The position numbers and the translations under genes were made by a program. A stretch of 32,000 nt of DNA from Fastidiosibacter lacustris (GTDB lineage Bacteria > Pseudomonadota > Gammaproteobacteria > Francisellales > Francisellaceae): positions 180,001 to 212,000 of the forward strand of contig NZ_QLIR01000002.1 of assembly GCF_003428155.1 (NCBI RefSeq), in the 5' to 3' direction. The notes beneath the pieces were generated by a model. The model was not told the DNA's origin. It saw only the letters and a program-made list of their open reading frames with translations, and did no database searches. Below, in pieces: positions 8,196-17,323 of the stretch (positions are counted from its first letter, which is position 1; every line of letters begins with the position of its first letter).

Positions 8196-9160
8196 TGAAA
8201 ATCATTTTGGCGAATCCACGTGGTTTTTGTGCAGGAGTTTCTCGTGCAGTGGATGTTGTTGAGCGTGTGTTAGCGCTTGAACCTCATCCAATATATGTTC
8301 GTCATGAGGTTGTACATAATCGTGCAGTGGTTGAGAGTTTGAAGCAAAAGGGTGCTATTTTTGTCAAAGAGTTGGACGAAGTTCCAGATCATGCAGTTTG
8401 TATTTTCAGTGCGCATGGGGTATCTCAAAGAGTGAAAGAAGAAGCACAATGCAAATCTTTAAAAATTTATGATGCAACCTGTCCTTTGGTGACTAAGGTG
8501 CATAGAGAAGTACAAAAAGCAAGTAACACTGGAGTTGAATGTATATTGATCGGTCATAAAGGGCATCCTGAAGTGGAAGGAACTTTAGGTCAATATCAGA
8601 GTAGTTATGCACAAATTTATTTGGTTGAGAATCTTCAAAACGTGAAAGATTTGCAAGTTAAAAACCCAAATAAATTGGTATATGCTACCCAAACGACACT
8701 TTCGGTAGATGAAACGAAAGACATTATTCAGGCACTCAAAGAAAAGTATCCTAATGCAGGATCTCCCAAGAAAGAAGATATCTGTTATGCCACTCAAAAT
8801 AGGCAAAATGCAGTAAGAGAATTAGCAAAAAAAGTCGACATCTTATTAGTTGTGGGTTCCAAAAATAGCTCTAACTCAAACCGGTTACGTGAACTTGCAG
8901 AGAATCATGGAGTGAATGCTTACCTTATTGATAATAAAGATGATATTGATTTAATGTGGTTTGAGAATAAGGCAAGTTGTGGTATTACAGCAGGTGCTTC
9001 TGCTCCCGAATATTTAGTGCAGGAAGTGATAGAGTTTTTAAAAAATCATTTTGAACATGCGCAACTAGAGGACTTTGAAGGAGTGAAAGAAGAGGTTACC
9101 TTTCCATTGCCAAAACTATTAAAGCAGATGCAGTTTGTTGATAAAGTGATACAACCGTAG
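8195..9160 (+). CDS. ispH: 4-hydroxy-3-methylbut-2-enyl diphosphate reductase
   Basis: N-terminus MKIILANPRGFCAGVSRAV, conserved Cys ligands (CAGV, ATCPLV, ICYATQNRQ), 321 aa. Confidence 0.95.
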   Translation: MKIILANPRGFCAGVSRAVDVVERVLALEPHPIYVRHEVVHNRAVVESLKQKGAIFVKELDEVPDHAVCIFSAHGVSQRVKEEAQCKSLKIYDATCPLVTKVHREVQKASNTGVECILIGHKGHPEVEGTLGQYQSSYAQIYLVENLQNVKDLQVKNPNKLVYATQTTLSVDETKDIIQALKEKYPNAGSPKKEDICYATQNRQNAVRELAKKVDILLVVGSKNSSNSNRLRELAENHGVNAYLIDNKDDIDLMWFENKASCGITAGASAPEYLVQEVIEFLKNHFEHAQLEDFEGVKEEVTFPLPKLLKQMQFVDKVIQP

Positions 9161-9182
9161 GAAACGTTCAGGAATTTACATA

Positions 9183-9944
9183 ATGAAAAATGAGCAATTA
9201 CCCAATATACAGCGCAGTAAAGGTATTTATATTTTGCCTAATTTATTTACTTCAGCAAGTTTATTTGCAGGATTTTATTCAATTATTGCCGCTTTTAATA
9301 GTCACTTTGTGTTGGCATCTGTTTGTATTTATTTAGCAGCGATGATGGATTCACTAGATGGACGTGTAGCAAGATTAACCAACACACAAAGTGCATTTGG
9401 TGCTGAATATGATTCATTGGCTGATATTGTTTCATTTGGCGTGGCACCTGCATTAATTATTTATTTCTGGGCGGTGAAACATTTAGGTCAATTTGGCTGG
9501 GCAGTGGCATTTATTTATTTGGCATGTGTTGGATTGCGTCTGGCACGTTTTAATACCCAATTAGATGATAATTCACCAGAGAGTAAGCGTTATTTTACTG
9601 GGTTACCATGTCCTGCATCTGCAGCAACAGTTGCCGGTTTTGTATGGTTTTGTAATAGCTTAGGGCATACAATTGCAGAAGGTTGGGTGACGTTTTTTGC
9701 AACGATTATTACACTTTATCTATCTGCAATGATGGTGAGTAACATTAAGTTTAGAAGCTTCAAAGATTATGATTTAAAAGGTAAGTTTCTATTTACCCAA
9801 GCCGTCTTTGTTGTGTTTATAATCGCAATTATCTTTATCGATCCATCGATTACTTTATTTGTGTTGTTCATGATGTACGCGCTTTCAGGAACATGTACAC
9901 GCTTATTTTTTAAAGGAAAAACTAAACATCAAGCTAATTCTTAA
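9183..9944 (+). CDS. pssA: CDP-diacylglycerol--serine O-phosphatidyltransferase (CDP-alcohol phosphatidyltransferase family)
   Basis: Motif DSLDGRVARL...GAEYDSLADIVSFGVAPA, matching D-x2-DG-x2-AR-x8-G-x3-D-x3-D. Multi-TM protein, 253 aa. Confidence 0.85.
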   Translation: MKNEQLPNIQRSKGIYILPNLFTSASLFAGFYSIIAAFNSHFVLASVCIYLAAMMDSLDGRVARLTNTQSAFGAEYDSLADIVSFGVAPALIIYFWAVKHLGQFGWAVAFIYLACVGLRLARFNTQLDDNSPESKRYFTGLPCPASAATVAGFVWFCNSLGHTIAEGWVTFFATIITLYLSAMMVSNIKFRSFKDYDLKGKFLFTQAVFVVFIIAIIFIDPSITLFVLFMMYALSGTCTRLFFKGKTKHQANS

Positions 9945-10138
9945 GTGTACGTATCTTCAGTTTGGAAAAGTGCGATAAAACTTGTTTTTGGCTGTTATTC
10001 ATCATTCGATACTTGACAGTCGCAGTTCTAATACTTGAAAATGCTTTGTTTTGAAATTTACCACAAAACTATTTTGCAATTTTTTGAAAGTAAAAAAGTT
10101 GAATATTAAGTAAAAAAATAAAAAGCTGGAGTTAAAGA

Positions 10139-12064
10139 ATGCCTGTTATTACTTTGCCAGATGGCTCAAAACGCACGTTTGATGGGCCAGTTTCTGTTTA
10201 TAACATTGCTTTAGATATTGGTAGTGCCCTTGCGAAAGCAACCTTAGCGGGTATCGTTGATGGCAAAGAAGTTGATACAAGTTTTATTATTGAGAATGAT
10301 GCAACGCTTACGCTTATTACGGCAAAAGATGAAAAGGGTTTAGAAATTCTACGCCATTCTTGTGCGCATTTGTTAGCACAGGCAGTTAAACAGCTTTACC
10401 CAACAGCACAAGTAACCATAGGACCTGTTATTGAGAATGGTTTTTATTACGATTTTTCTTATGAACGAGCGTTTACTCCTGAAGACTTAGAAATAATTGA
10501 AAAACGCATGACTGAGCTTACTGCTTTGTCACAACCTGTTACAAGATCAGTTAAGTCACGCGATGATGCAATTACTTATTTTGAAGCAATCGGTGAGAAA
10601 TATAAGGCTGAAATTATTGCAGATTTATCAGAAGACGAAGTTTTAAGTTTATATAGTCAAGGTGATTTTACTGATTTATGCCGAGGTCCTCATGTACCAA
10701 ATACGTCATATTTGAAAGCTTTTAAACTCATGCGGGTTGCAGGAGCTTATTGGCGTGGAGATTCTAATAATGAGACGTTGACGCGCATATATGGTACTTG
10801 CTGGGCAGATAAGAAGCAGTTAAAAGAATATTTAATACGTTTAGAGGAAGCTGAGAAGCGTGATCACCGTAAAATTGGCAAAGCATTAGATTTGTTTCAC
10901 TTTCAAGAAGAATCTCCTGGAATTGCTTTTTGGCATCCAAAAGGGACAGCTATTTGGCGTGTGGTTGAGGACTATATGCGTGCATCAAATACAAAATTTG
11001 GTTGTAGTGAAATTAGAACGCCATTGATTGCCGATATCTCAATGTGGGAGAAATCAGGACATGCTGCGAAGTATTCCGAGAACATGTTTATGACTCACTC
11101 AGAAAACCGTCAATATGCAATTCGACCTATGAACTGTCCAACGTGTGTCCAAGTTTATAATCACAGTTTGCATAGTTATCGTGATTTACCCATTCGCATG
11201 GCTGAGTTTGGTGCGGTACATCGAAATGAGGCATCAGGAGCATTGCATGGGCTTTTACGTGTAAGAAGTTTCACCCAGGATGATGGTCATATTTTCTGTA
11301 GCGAAGCACAAATTGAGTCAGAAGTCACGCAAATGGTTGAGCAGTGTTTTGAGGTGTATCGCGATTTTGGTTTTACTGAATTTGATGTCAAACTTGCGCT
11401 TCGCCCAGATAATCGTGTCGGTTCCGATGAGATATGGGATAAGTCAGAAAAAGCATTGGCAGAAGCACTGAATAATCATGGAGTAAAATTTGATTATCTA
11501 CCTGGTGAAGGCGCGTTTTATGGACCTAAAATTGAATTTCATTTAAAAGATGCAATTGGTCGTAGTTGGCAGTGTGGTACAATTCAATTGGATTTATCTA
11601 TGCCAATGCGTCTTGGAGCAACTTATGTTGATGAAAACAGCGAAAAACAAGTCCCAGTTATGCTACATAGAGCGATCGTTGGTTCACTTGAACGTTTTAT
11701 TGGGGTGCTGATTGAGCATTATGCAGGTAAACTTCCTGTGTGGTTGGCACCTATTCAGATCGTAGTAGTTGGAATCAGTAATAAGCAGGATGAATACCTA
11801 CAAGAAGTCGAGCAAAAACTCATAAAATTTGGCATTCGCACACAAATTGACTTGAGAAATGAAAAAATTGGGTTTAAAATTCGCGAGCACACATTAGCAC
11901 GCGTGCCATTTATTGGCATTGCTGGCGAGAAGGAACAATCTTTAGGGCAGATTACTGTAAGAAAACAAGACGGTACTGATCTAGGTGCATTGAGTATTGA
12001 TGCATTATGTAAATTGTTGTTGGCAGAAATTGGCAAAAAATGCCGTGTAAATCTAAATAATTAG
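10139..12064 (+). CDS. thrS: Threonine--tRNA ligase
   Basis: [15 protein letters not shown]-terminus (TGS domain), class II aaRS core, 641 aa, followed by infC-rpmI-rplT. Confidence 0.97.
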   Translation: MPVITLPDGSKRTFDGPVSVYNIALDIGSALAKATLAGIVDGKEVDTSFIIENDATLTLITAKDEKGLEILRHSCAHLLAQAVKQLYPTAQVTIGPVIENGFYYDFSYERAFTPEDLEIIEKRMTELTALSQPVTRSVKSRDDAITYFEAIGEKYKAEIIADLSEDEVLSLYSQGDFTDLCRGPHVPNTSYLKAFKLMRVAGAYWRGDSNNETLTRIYGTCWADKKQLKEYLIRLEEAEKRDHRKIGKALDLFHFQEESPGIAFWHPKGTAIWRVVEDYMRASNTKFGCSEIRTPLIADISMWEKSGHAAKYSENMFMTHSENRQYAIRPMNCPTCVQVYNHSLHSYRDLPIRMAEFGAVHRNEASGALHGLLRVRSFTQDDGHIFCSEAQIESEVTQMVEQCFEVYRDFGFTEFDVKLALRPDNRVGSDEIWDKSEKALAEALNNHGVKFDYLPGEGAFYGPKIEFHLKDAIGRSWQCGTIQLDLSMPMRLGATYVDENSEKQVPVMLHRAIVGSLERFIGVLIEHYAGKLPVWLAPIQIVVVGISNKQDEYLQEVEQKLIKFGIRTQIDLRNEKIGFKIREHTLARVPFIGIAGEKEQSLGQITVRKQDGTDLGALSIDALCKLLLAEIGKKCRVNLNN

Positions 12065-12075
12065 GAGTTCGAGAT

Positions 12076-12597
12076 ATTAGTAAGGTAGAACAAAAATCGC
12101 CGGTAAACGAGCATATCAAGGCGAAAGAAGTCCGTTTAATTGGACTAGATGGAGAGCAAATTGGCGTAGTCTCATTAAAAGAGGCGCTAGAAAAGGCTGA
12201 AGAAGCAGGTGTTGATCTGGTGGAAATGGTGTCACAAGCCACACCACCGGTTTGTCGAATCATGGATTACGGTAAGTATCTATTTGAGCAAGGCAAGAAA
12301 AAAGTAGCTGCGAAGAAAAAGCAAAAGCAGATGCAGGTCAAAGAAATTAAAATTCGACCAGGCACTGATGTTGGGGACTATCAGGTAAAACTACGCAACC
12401 TTATAAAGTTCCTAGAAAGTGGCGATAAAGTCAAGATCACAGTACGTTTTAGGGGGCGTGAAATGGCGCACCAAGAGCTGGGTGTAGATATGCTTAAGCG
12501 TTTGGAAGCGGATTTGGAACCTTATGGAGTGGTTGAGCACCGACCAAAAATGGAAGGTCGCCAAATGATTATGGTTTTAGGACCTAAGAAAAAGTAA
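12076..12597 (+). CDS. infC: Translation initiation factor IF-3, with non-canonical ATT start
   Basis: The frame is open from 12061. AGGAG at 12063-12067 lies 8 nt upstream of ATT at 12076. Translation [51 protein letters not shown] matches the IF-3 N-domain, which the ORF-track ATG at 12220 would delete. Confidence 0.85.
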   Translation: MSKVEQKSPVNEHIKAKEVRLIGLDGEQIGVVSLKEALEKAEEAGVDLVEMVSQATPPVCRIMDYGKYLFEQGKKKVAAKKKQKQMQVKEIKIRPGTDVGDYQVKLRNLIKFLESGDKVKITVRFRGREMAHQELGVDMLKRLEADLEPYGVVEHRPKMEGRQMIMVLGPKKK

Positions 12598-12655
12598 ATG
12601 CGTTGAAAGAAGTTCCTTTTAGCGTGAATAAAAATGGTGAAATGCGGAGTATATT

Positions 12656-12853
12656 ATGCCAAAAATTAAAACAAATCGAGGTGCTGCTAAGCGCTTTAAA
12701 AGAACTGGTAAGGGTGGTTTCAAGCATCGTTCTGCAAACCGCGCTCACATTAACACTAAGATGACGACTAAGCGTAAGCGTCATTTACGTGGTATGTCTC
12801 AAGTAGCTAAAGTAGACGTGCCAAGTTTGATTCAACAAATGCCTTATGCCTAA
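12656..12853 (+). CDS. rpmI: 50S ribosomal protein L35
   Basis: [25 protein letters not shown], 65 aa. Confidence 0.97.
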   Translation: MPKIKTNRGAAKRFKRTGKGGFKHRSANRAHINTKMTTKRKRHLRGMSQVAKVDVPSLIQQMPYA

Positions 12854-12884
12854 GTGTTAATAAATTTTTAAAGTGGAGTAGATT

Positions 12885-13244
12885 ATGCCTAGAGTAAAAA
12901 GAGGTGTGCAAGCACGCCGTCGTCATAAAAAGATTTTAAACCAAGCTAAAGGTTATTACGGTGCACGCTCGCGTGTTTATCGTGTAGCTAAGCAAGCGGT
13001 GATTAAAGCAGGTCAATATGCTTATCGTGACCGTAAGCAAAGAAAAAGACAATTTAGAGCACTTTGGATTGTGCGTATTAATGCCGCAGCACGTCAGCAC
13101 GATATGAGCTACAGCATGTTTATAAATGGACTTAAAAAAGCCAATATTGAGCTTGACCGTAAGGTGTTAGCTGAATTAGCTGTTTTCAACAAGGATGCGT
13201 TTGCGCAATTAGTTGAAAAAGCAAAAGCTGCACTTGTTGCTTAA
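12885..13244 (+). CDS. rplT: 50S ribosomal protein L20
   Basis: [18 protein letters not shown]...[17 protein letters not shown], 119 aa. Confidence 0.97.
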   Translation: MPRVKRGVQARRRHKKILNQAKGYYGARSRVYRVAKQAVIKAGQYAYRDRKQRKRQFRALWIVRINAAARQHDMSYSMFINGLKKANIELDRKVLAELAVFNKDAFAQLVEKAKAALVA

Positions 13245-13271
13245 TAAGCGTAAATTAAAGGGTTTTGTTAA

Positions 13272-13306
13272 AGGGCATATCTTTTCTTAAGATATGCCCT
13301 TTTTTA
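13272..13306 (+). terminator. Rho-independent terminator of the thrS-infC-rpmI-rplT operon
   Basis: AGGGCATATCT (13272-13282) pairs perfectly with AGATATGCCCT (13290-13300), followed by a T-run. Confidence 0.8.
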
Positions 13307-13470
13307 TATGTTTTAATGAAAGCAATATGATTTTGTTACTGTTTATTTAGCTGAAAATGTGAATGTATTTGTTGTGGACAATTAAAGCTTTGAAAATATT
13401 AAAATAATTGTTAATGGGCTCAGCTATTTAAAGTTTTGAGTTTGCGTTATAGAGATAAAACTTTTTTGTA

Positions 13471-14808
13471 ATGAAGATGGGAGAAAACATGCAGAAAAAA
13501 CAGTATATGAATTTTTGGATGCTGGTAGCCTTGGTTTCTGGCAATATGGTAGGCTCGGGAATATTTTTATTGCCGTCAGGGTTGGCCAAATTTGGTACAA
13601 TCAGTATTTTAGCATGGATTTTTACAGCGCTAGGGTCGGTGTTGTTAGCTTTGGTGTTTTGTAGTTTTAGTCGTCTTGTTCCTAAAGTGGACGGCGGACC
13701 TTACATCTATGTCCGAGTTGGCATGGGTAAGTTTATGGGGTTTCAAAGTGGTTTCGGTTACTGGATATCATTGTGGGTTGGAAATTGTGCGATTTCTTTG
13801 GCGGCAGTTGGTTATTTAAGTTTTTTCTTTCCAATTCTTGAAAATAGGACGGTTGCTGGAATTACTGCAATTGGTATTATTTGGCTATTCACCGGATACA
13901 ATATGTTTGGTGCAAGGACAGTAGGGTGGTTACAGATTTTGTCAATGATTGGTAAGGGTCTTCCATTATTATTTATTATTTTTGTGGGTATTTGGTATAT
14001 TCATCCTGAATATTACCTTGAGTTTAATCGCACAGAAAACTCAAGTTTAAATGCAATTAGTGCAGCAGCATCGCTAACGCTGTGGGCATTTATTGGGCTT
14101 GAGTCTGCCACAGTCACAGCCAGTAAGGTTAAAAACCCTAAAAAGACCATTCCTTTGGCAACGCTTACCGGGACATTGATTGCAGCATTTATTTATATTT
14201 TAAGCTCGACAGTTATTATGGGAATGCTGCCAGCAGCAGATTTGGTAAATTCAAATGCACCATTTGCGTTAGCTGCAAAAGAAATTATTGGTCAAAGTGG
14301 TGGTGTGATAATTGCTGTTGCCGCAGTTATAGCATGTTTAGGAACACTTAATGGCTGGATAATGGTGGCATCTATCGTTTCTAAATCAATTGCTGAAACA
14401 AATCTATTTCCAAAAATATTTGCTAAGCAGAATAGGTATGGTGCTCCAAGTTTTAGTTTAATTTTATCAGGTGTGCTTATGACAGTGTTGTTATTGTTGA
14501 CAATGTCAAAAACATTGGTTGAACAGTTTGAGCTTATTATTCTAATGGCAGTTTTAACAGCACTTGTTCCTTACTTCTATACTACAATTTCAAACATTTT
14601 AGTTATTAAGCAACAAGATGCCAATAGCCCATTTTGGCAAACAGCAATTATTATTGCTGTATTAGCTTGTGGATATTCTTTTTGGACTATCGTAGGTTCA
14701 GGTCAAGAAGTTGTTTATTATGGTATGATTTTGTTCTTCTTAGGTACCCCAATCTATGCGATTGCCGAGTGGATGAATTTACAGAAAAAAACTCAAAGTA
14801 GCTTTTAG
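13471..14808 (+). CDS. APC-superfamily amino acid/polyamine permease (APA-type antiporter-like)
   Basis: 12-TM protein with LVSGNMVGSGIFLLPSGLAKFGTISILAWIFTALGSVLLALVF, resembling AdiC/PotE/ArcD-type N-termini. The likely true start is ATG 13489, which has GGGAGA 5 nt upstream. Confidence 0.85.
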   Translation: MKMGENMQKKQYMNFWMLVALVSGNMVGSGIFLLPSGLAKFGTISILAWIFTALGSVLLALVFCSFSRLVPKVDGGPYIYVRVGMGKFMGFQSGFGYWISLWVGNCAISLAAVGYLSFFFPILENRTVAGITAIGIIWLFTGYNMFGARTVGWLQILSMIGKGLPLLFIIFVGIWYIHPEYYLEFNRTENSSLNAISAAASLTLWAFIGLESATVTASKVKNPKKTIPLATLTGTLIAAFIYILSSTVIMGMLPAADLVNSNAPFALAAKEIIGQSGGVIIAVAAVIACLGTLNGWIMVASIVSKSIAETNLFPKIFAKQNRYGAPSFSLILSGVLMTVLLLLTMSKTLVEQFELIILMAVLTALVPYFYTTISNILVIKQQDANSPFWQTAIIIAVLACGYSFWTIVGSGQEVVYYGMILFFLGTPIYAIAEWMNLQKKTQSSF

Positions 14809-14975
14809 AGTTTTCCTTCATAGCGACATAAACAAGGTCTTTACTTGTGGAAACCTTTACTCAAGGGAATGGGTATGTTTTTTTGTTAAATTAAGCTTTG
14901 TTTTGATGTAAAGGTTGTCTTTTATCAGACGATTCGTTACACTTCAACGTTTATTAATCATAAGGAGTAAATATT

Positions 14976-15254
14976 ATGGCACAAGCATCGGCTCGCCACA
15001 TTCTCGTTCAAACTGAAACAGAATGTGAAGCACTTAAAAAAGAAATTGAAGCAGGTAAGGATTTTGCTAAAGCTGCTGCTGAGAAATCTCTTTGTCCCTC
15101 TGGACGAAATGGTGGTGAATTAGGTACGTTTAGTCCAGGACAAATGGTTCCTGAGTTTGATAGAGTCGTATTCAATGGAGAGGTTGGTAAAGTGCATGGT
15201 CCTGTTAAAACTCAATTTGGCTATCACTTGGTTGAAATTACTGCACGTTCTTAA
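14976..15254 (+). CDS. ppiC: Parvulin-type peptidyl-prolyl cis-trans isomerase C
   Basis: 92 aa. ARHILV...CPSGRNGGELGTFSPGQMVPEFDRVVF...TQFGYHLVEI aligns with E. coli PpiC. AAGGAG Shine-Dalgarno upstream. Confidence 0.92.
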   Translation: MAQASARHILVQTETECEALKKEIEAGKDFAKAAAEKSLCPSGRNGGELGTFSPGQMVPEFDRVVFNGEVGKVHGPVKTQFGYHLVEITARS

Positions 15255-15464
15255 TTTAATCGTATTTGTAGTTAAATAAATTTTGCCAAATGACTGATTT
15301 ATTCTTAAACAAATTATCTTAAAATAATTCTGTACCTTTTATTAAATTCAGGTACAATAACGACTTTGAATTTATCAACAGCATACTCGTCACGAATCAT
15401 TTTTGATGGCTTAAAGCGCAGAAGGGGAGTGGTGGGTATACATTAACTTTTGGGTTTTAACTAT

Positions 15465-17165
15465 ATGACTACTGATTCTGAGCAATTAAGCTTTCATGAT
15501 TTGGGCTTAAACGATAAACTTTTGGCTGCCATTGAGGGAATGGGGTACCAAACGCCGACACCGATTCAAGCAAATACTATTCCTTATGTCTTGCAAGGTC
15601 GTGATGTATTGGGTCAAGCGCAAACAGGGACCGGTAAAACGGCTGCATTTGCGTTGCCATTATTACATAATATGGATCTTTCTGGTAAAGAGCAGCTACC
15701 ACAAGTATTAGTATTAACGCCAACGCGTGAACTTGCTATTCAAGTTGCAGAAAGCTTTGAAAATTTATCTAAAAATATTACAAAATTAGACGTGATATCG
15801 ATTTACGGTGGTCAAGAGTATGGTCGCCAAATTCAAGCATTACGTCGAGGTGTTCAGGTCGTGGTAGGAACAGCAGGGCGGATCATGGATCATATGCGTA
15901 AAGGTACGCTTAAACTAGATGCGCTTAAAGCACTTGTGCTAGATGAAGCAGATGAAATGTTACGCATGGGCTTTATTGATGATGTGAAATGGGTATTGTC
16001 TCATACTCCAGAAGCTTGTCAGCGTTTATTGTTCTCTGCAACTATGCCTCGTGATATAATTGGCATTGTAAATGAATACTTACGTGAACCATGCAAGGTA
16101 CAGATTAAAACAAAAACAGCAACTGCTAAAACCGTTCATCAACGCTTTTTAGTAGTCAAAGGATTATCTAAATTAGATGCACTTGATCGTATTTTAGAAG
16201 TAGAAGACACTGATGGTGTGATGGTGTTTGTTAAAACAAAAACTTCAACGATGGAAGTTGCTGATGGTTTAAAGGCGCGGGGGCACCTTGCTGTTGCTAT
16301 AAATGGTGATATGCAGCAAAATCAACGTGAACATATTATTGATCAGTTAAAGTCATCTAAAATTAATATCCTTGTGGCAACTGACGTGGTTGCAAGAGGG
16401 TTAGACGTTGAGCGTATTAGCCATGTAATTAACTATGACTTACCGCAGGATAACGAAGCATACATTCATCGTATTGGACGAACAGGAAGGGCTGGACGCG
16501 AAGGAGATGCTATTTCGTTAATTTATATCAAAGACATGCGTCAACTTAGAATGTTAGAGCGTGTGATTCGTCATACAATAGAAGAAATGCAGTTGCCAAG
16601 TGCTACAGCTATTATTGAAAAGCGAGTCGCGCGCTTCAAACATGAAGTAGCAGAAGTGATTCGTCATAAAGACTTAAGTAAATTTAAGGCATTAATGCAA
16701 GACTTCCAAGTGGAATATGGTGCAGAAACAGAAGATATGTTAGCGGCACTTGCTTTACTTGCTCAAGGAGATAAAAAACTTTTTATTAAAGAAATCCAGG
16801 TTCAAGATCAGCGCAATGAGCGTCGTGGGCGAGATGATCAAGATGCAAGGGGCTTAAGAGGTAAAAGAACTGAGCGTGATCAACGTGGTTTTCGATCACA
16901 AAATCGAGGTGAGCGTGATTTAGATATGTCAATGAGAACGTATCGTATTGAAGTTGGTCGCAATGATGGCATTGAGCCGCGCAATATCGTCGGTGCAATT
17001 GCCAATGAAGCAGGAATTAATAGTCGTCATATTGGACATATTAAATTATTTGATAAATTTAGTACGGTAGATTTACCTGCTGATACACCAAAACAAGTTA
17101 TTGAGCATTTGAAGAAAGTCTGGGTAGGAGGCAAAAAGCTTGATATAAAAGAAGATGGAAGGTAA
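15465..17165 (+). CDS. deaD: DEAD-box ATP-dependent RNA helicase DeaD/CsdA
   Basis: Q-motif, AQTGTGKTAAF, DEAD (VLDEADEM), SAT, HRIGRTGRAG, an RG-rich linker and a C-terminal DbpA-type RNA-binding domain. I prefer ATG at 15465 over the TTG at 15450 in the ORF track. Confidence 0.93.
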   Translation: MTTDSEQLSFHDLGLNDKLLAAIEGMGYQTPTPIQANTIPYVLQGRDVLGQAQTGTGKTAAFALPLLHNMDLSGKEQLPQVLVLTPTRELAIQVAESFENLSKNITKLDVISIYGGQEYGRQIQALRRGVQVVVGTAGRIMDHMRKGTLKLDALKALVLDEADEMLRMGFIDDVKWVLSHTPEACQRLLFSATMPRDIIGIVNEYLREPCKVQIKTKTATAKTVHQRFLVVKGLSKLDALDRILEVEDTDGVMVFVKTKTSTMEVADGLKARGHLAVAINGDMQQNQREHIIDQLKSSKINILVATDVVARGLDVERISHVINYDLPQDNEAYIHRIGRTGRAGREGDAISLIYIKDMRQLRMLERVIRHTIEEMQLPSATAIIEKRVARFKHEVAEVIRHKDLSKFKALMQDFQVEYGAETEDMLAALALLAQGDKKLFIKEIQVQDQRNERRGRDDQDARGLRGKRTERDQRGFRSQNRGERDLDMSMRTYRIEVGRNDGIEPRNIVGAIANEAGINSRHIGHIKLFDKFSTVDLPADTPKQVIEHLKKVWVGGKKLDIKEDGR

Positions 17166-17265
17166 GTGGAATTATCTATAGTATGTGGATATTATATAAT
17201 TCCATTCGTGGATGATACCTAAGTAAACATCAAAATACACATCGTTATATATAGTCTATATATTT

Positions 17266-17298
17266 ACAACTGCATTTTTAGGACAATCATGCAGTTGT
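17266..17298. promoter_or_regulatory. Perfect 10-bp inverted repeat (candidate operator or 5'-UTR hairpin) just upstream of the PAS/REC gene
   Basis: ACAACTGCAT (17266-17275) and ATGCAGTTGT (17289-17298) are exact reverse complements with a 13-nt spacer. No T-run follows. It ends 25 nt before ATG 17324. Confidence 0.4.
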
Positions 17299-17323
17299 CC
17301 CCCAAAACTTACACTGAAATGTT

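Noticed and set aside
8585-8806. ORF 8585-8806 (-)
   Set aside because: Antisense within ispH, so a shadow ORF.
10014-10043. Putative sigma70 promoter upstream of thrS (TTGACA at 10014-10019)
   Set aside because: The -35 is perfect, but the best -10 candidate (GAAAAT, 18-nt spacer) is weak. In AT-rich DNA such matches are frequent, so it is not reported as a feature.
11280-12263. ORFs 11280-11471 (+), 11755-12036 (-) and 11952-12263 (-)
   Set aside because: They are out-of-frame or antisense within thrS and infC, both of which are confidently identified.
12220-12597. ATG 12220 as the infC start (ORF track), and the antisense ORF 12584-12784
   Set aside because: The upstream in-frame sequence from ATT 12076 encodes the conserved IF-3 N-domain and has a good Shine-Dalgarno. 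ORF 12584-12784 is antisense to rpmI.
16786-16998. ORF 16786-16998 (-)
   Set aside because: Antisense to the RG-rich C-terminal region of deaD, so a shadow ORF.
17168-17203. Hairpin GGAATTAT...ATAATTCC right after the deaD stop, as a terminator
   Set aside because: The stem is short and almost entirely A/T, the loop is 19 nt and no T-run follows, so the evidence is too weak to list it as a terminator.
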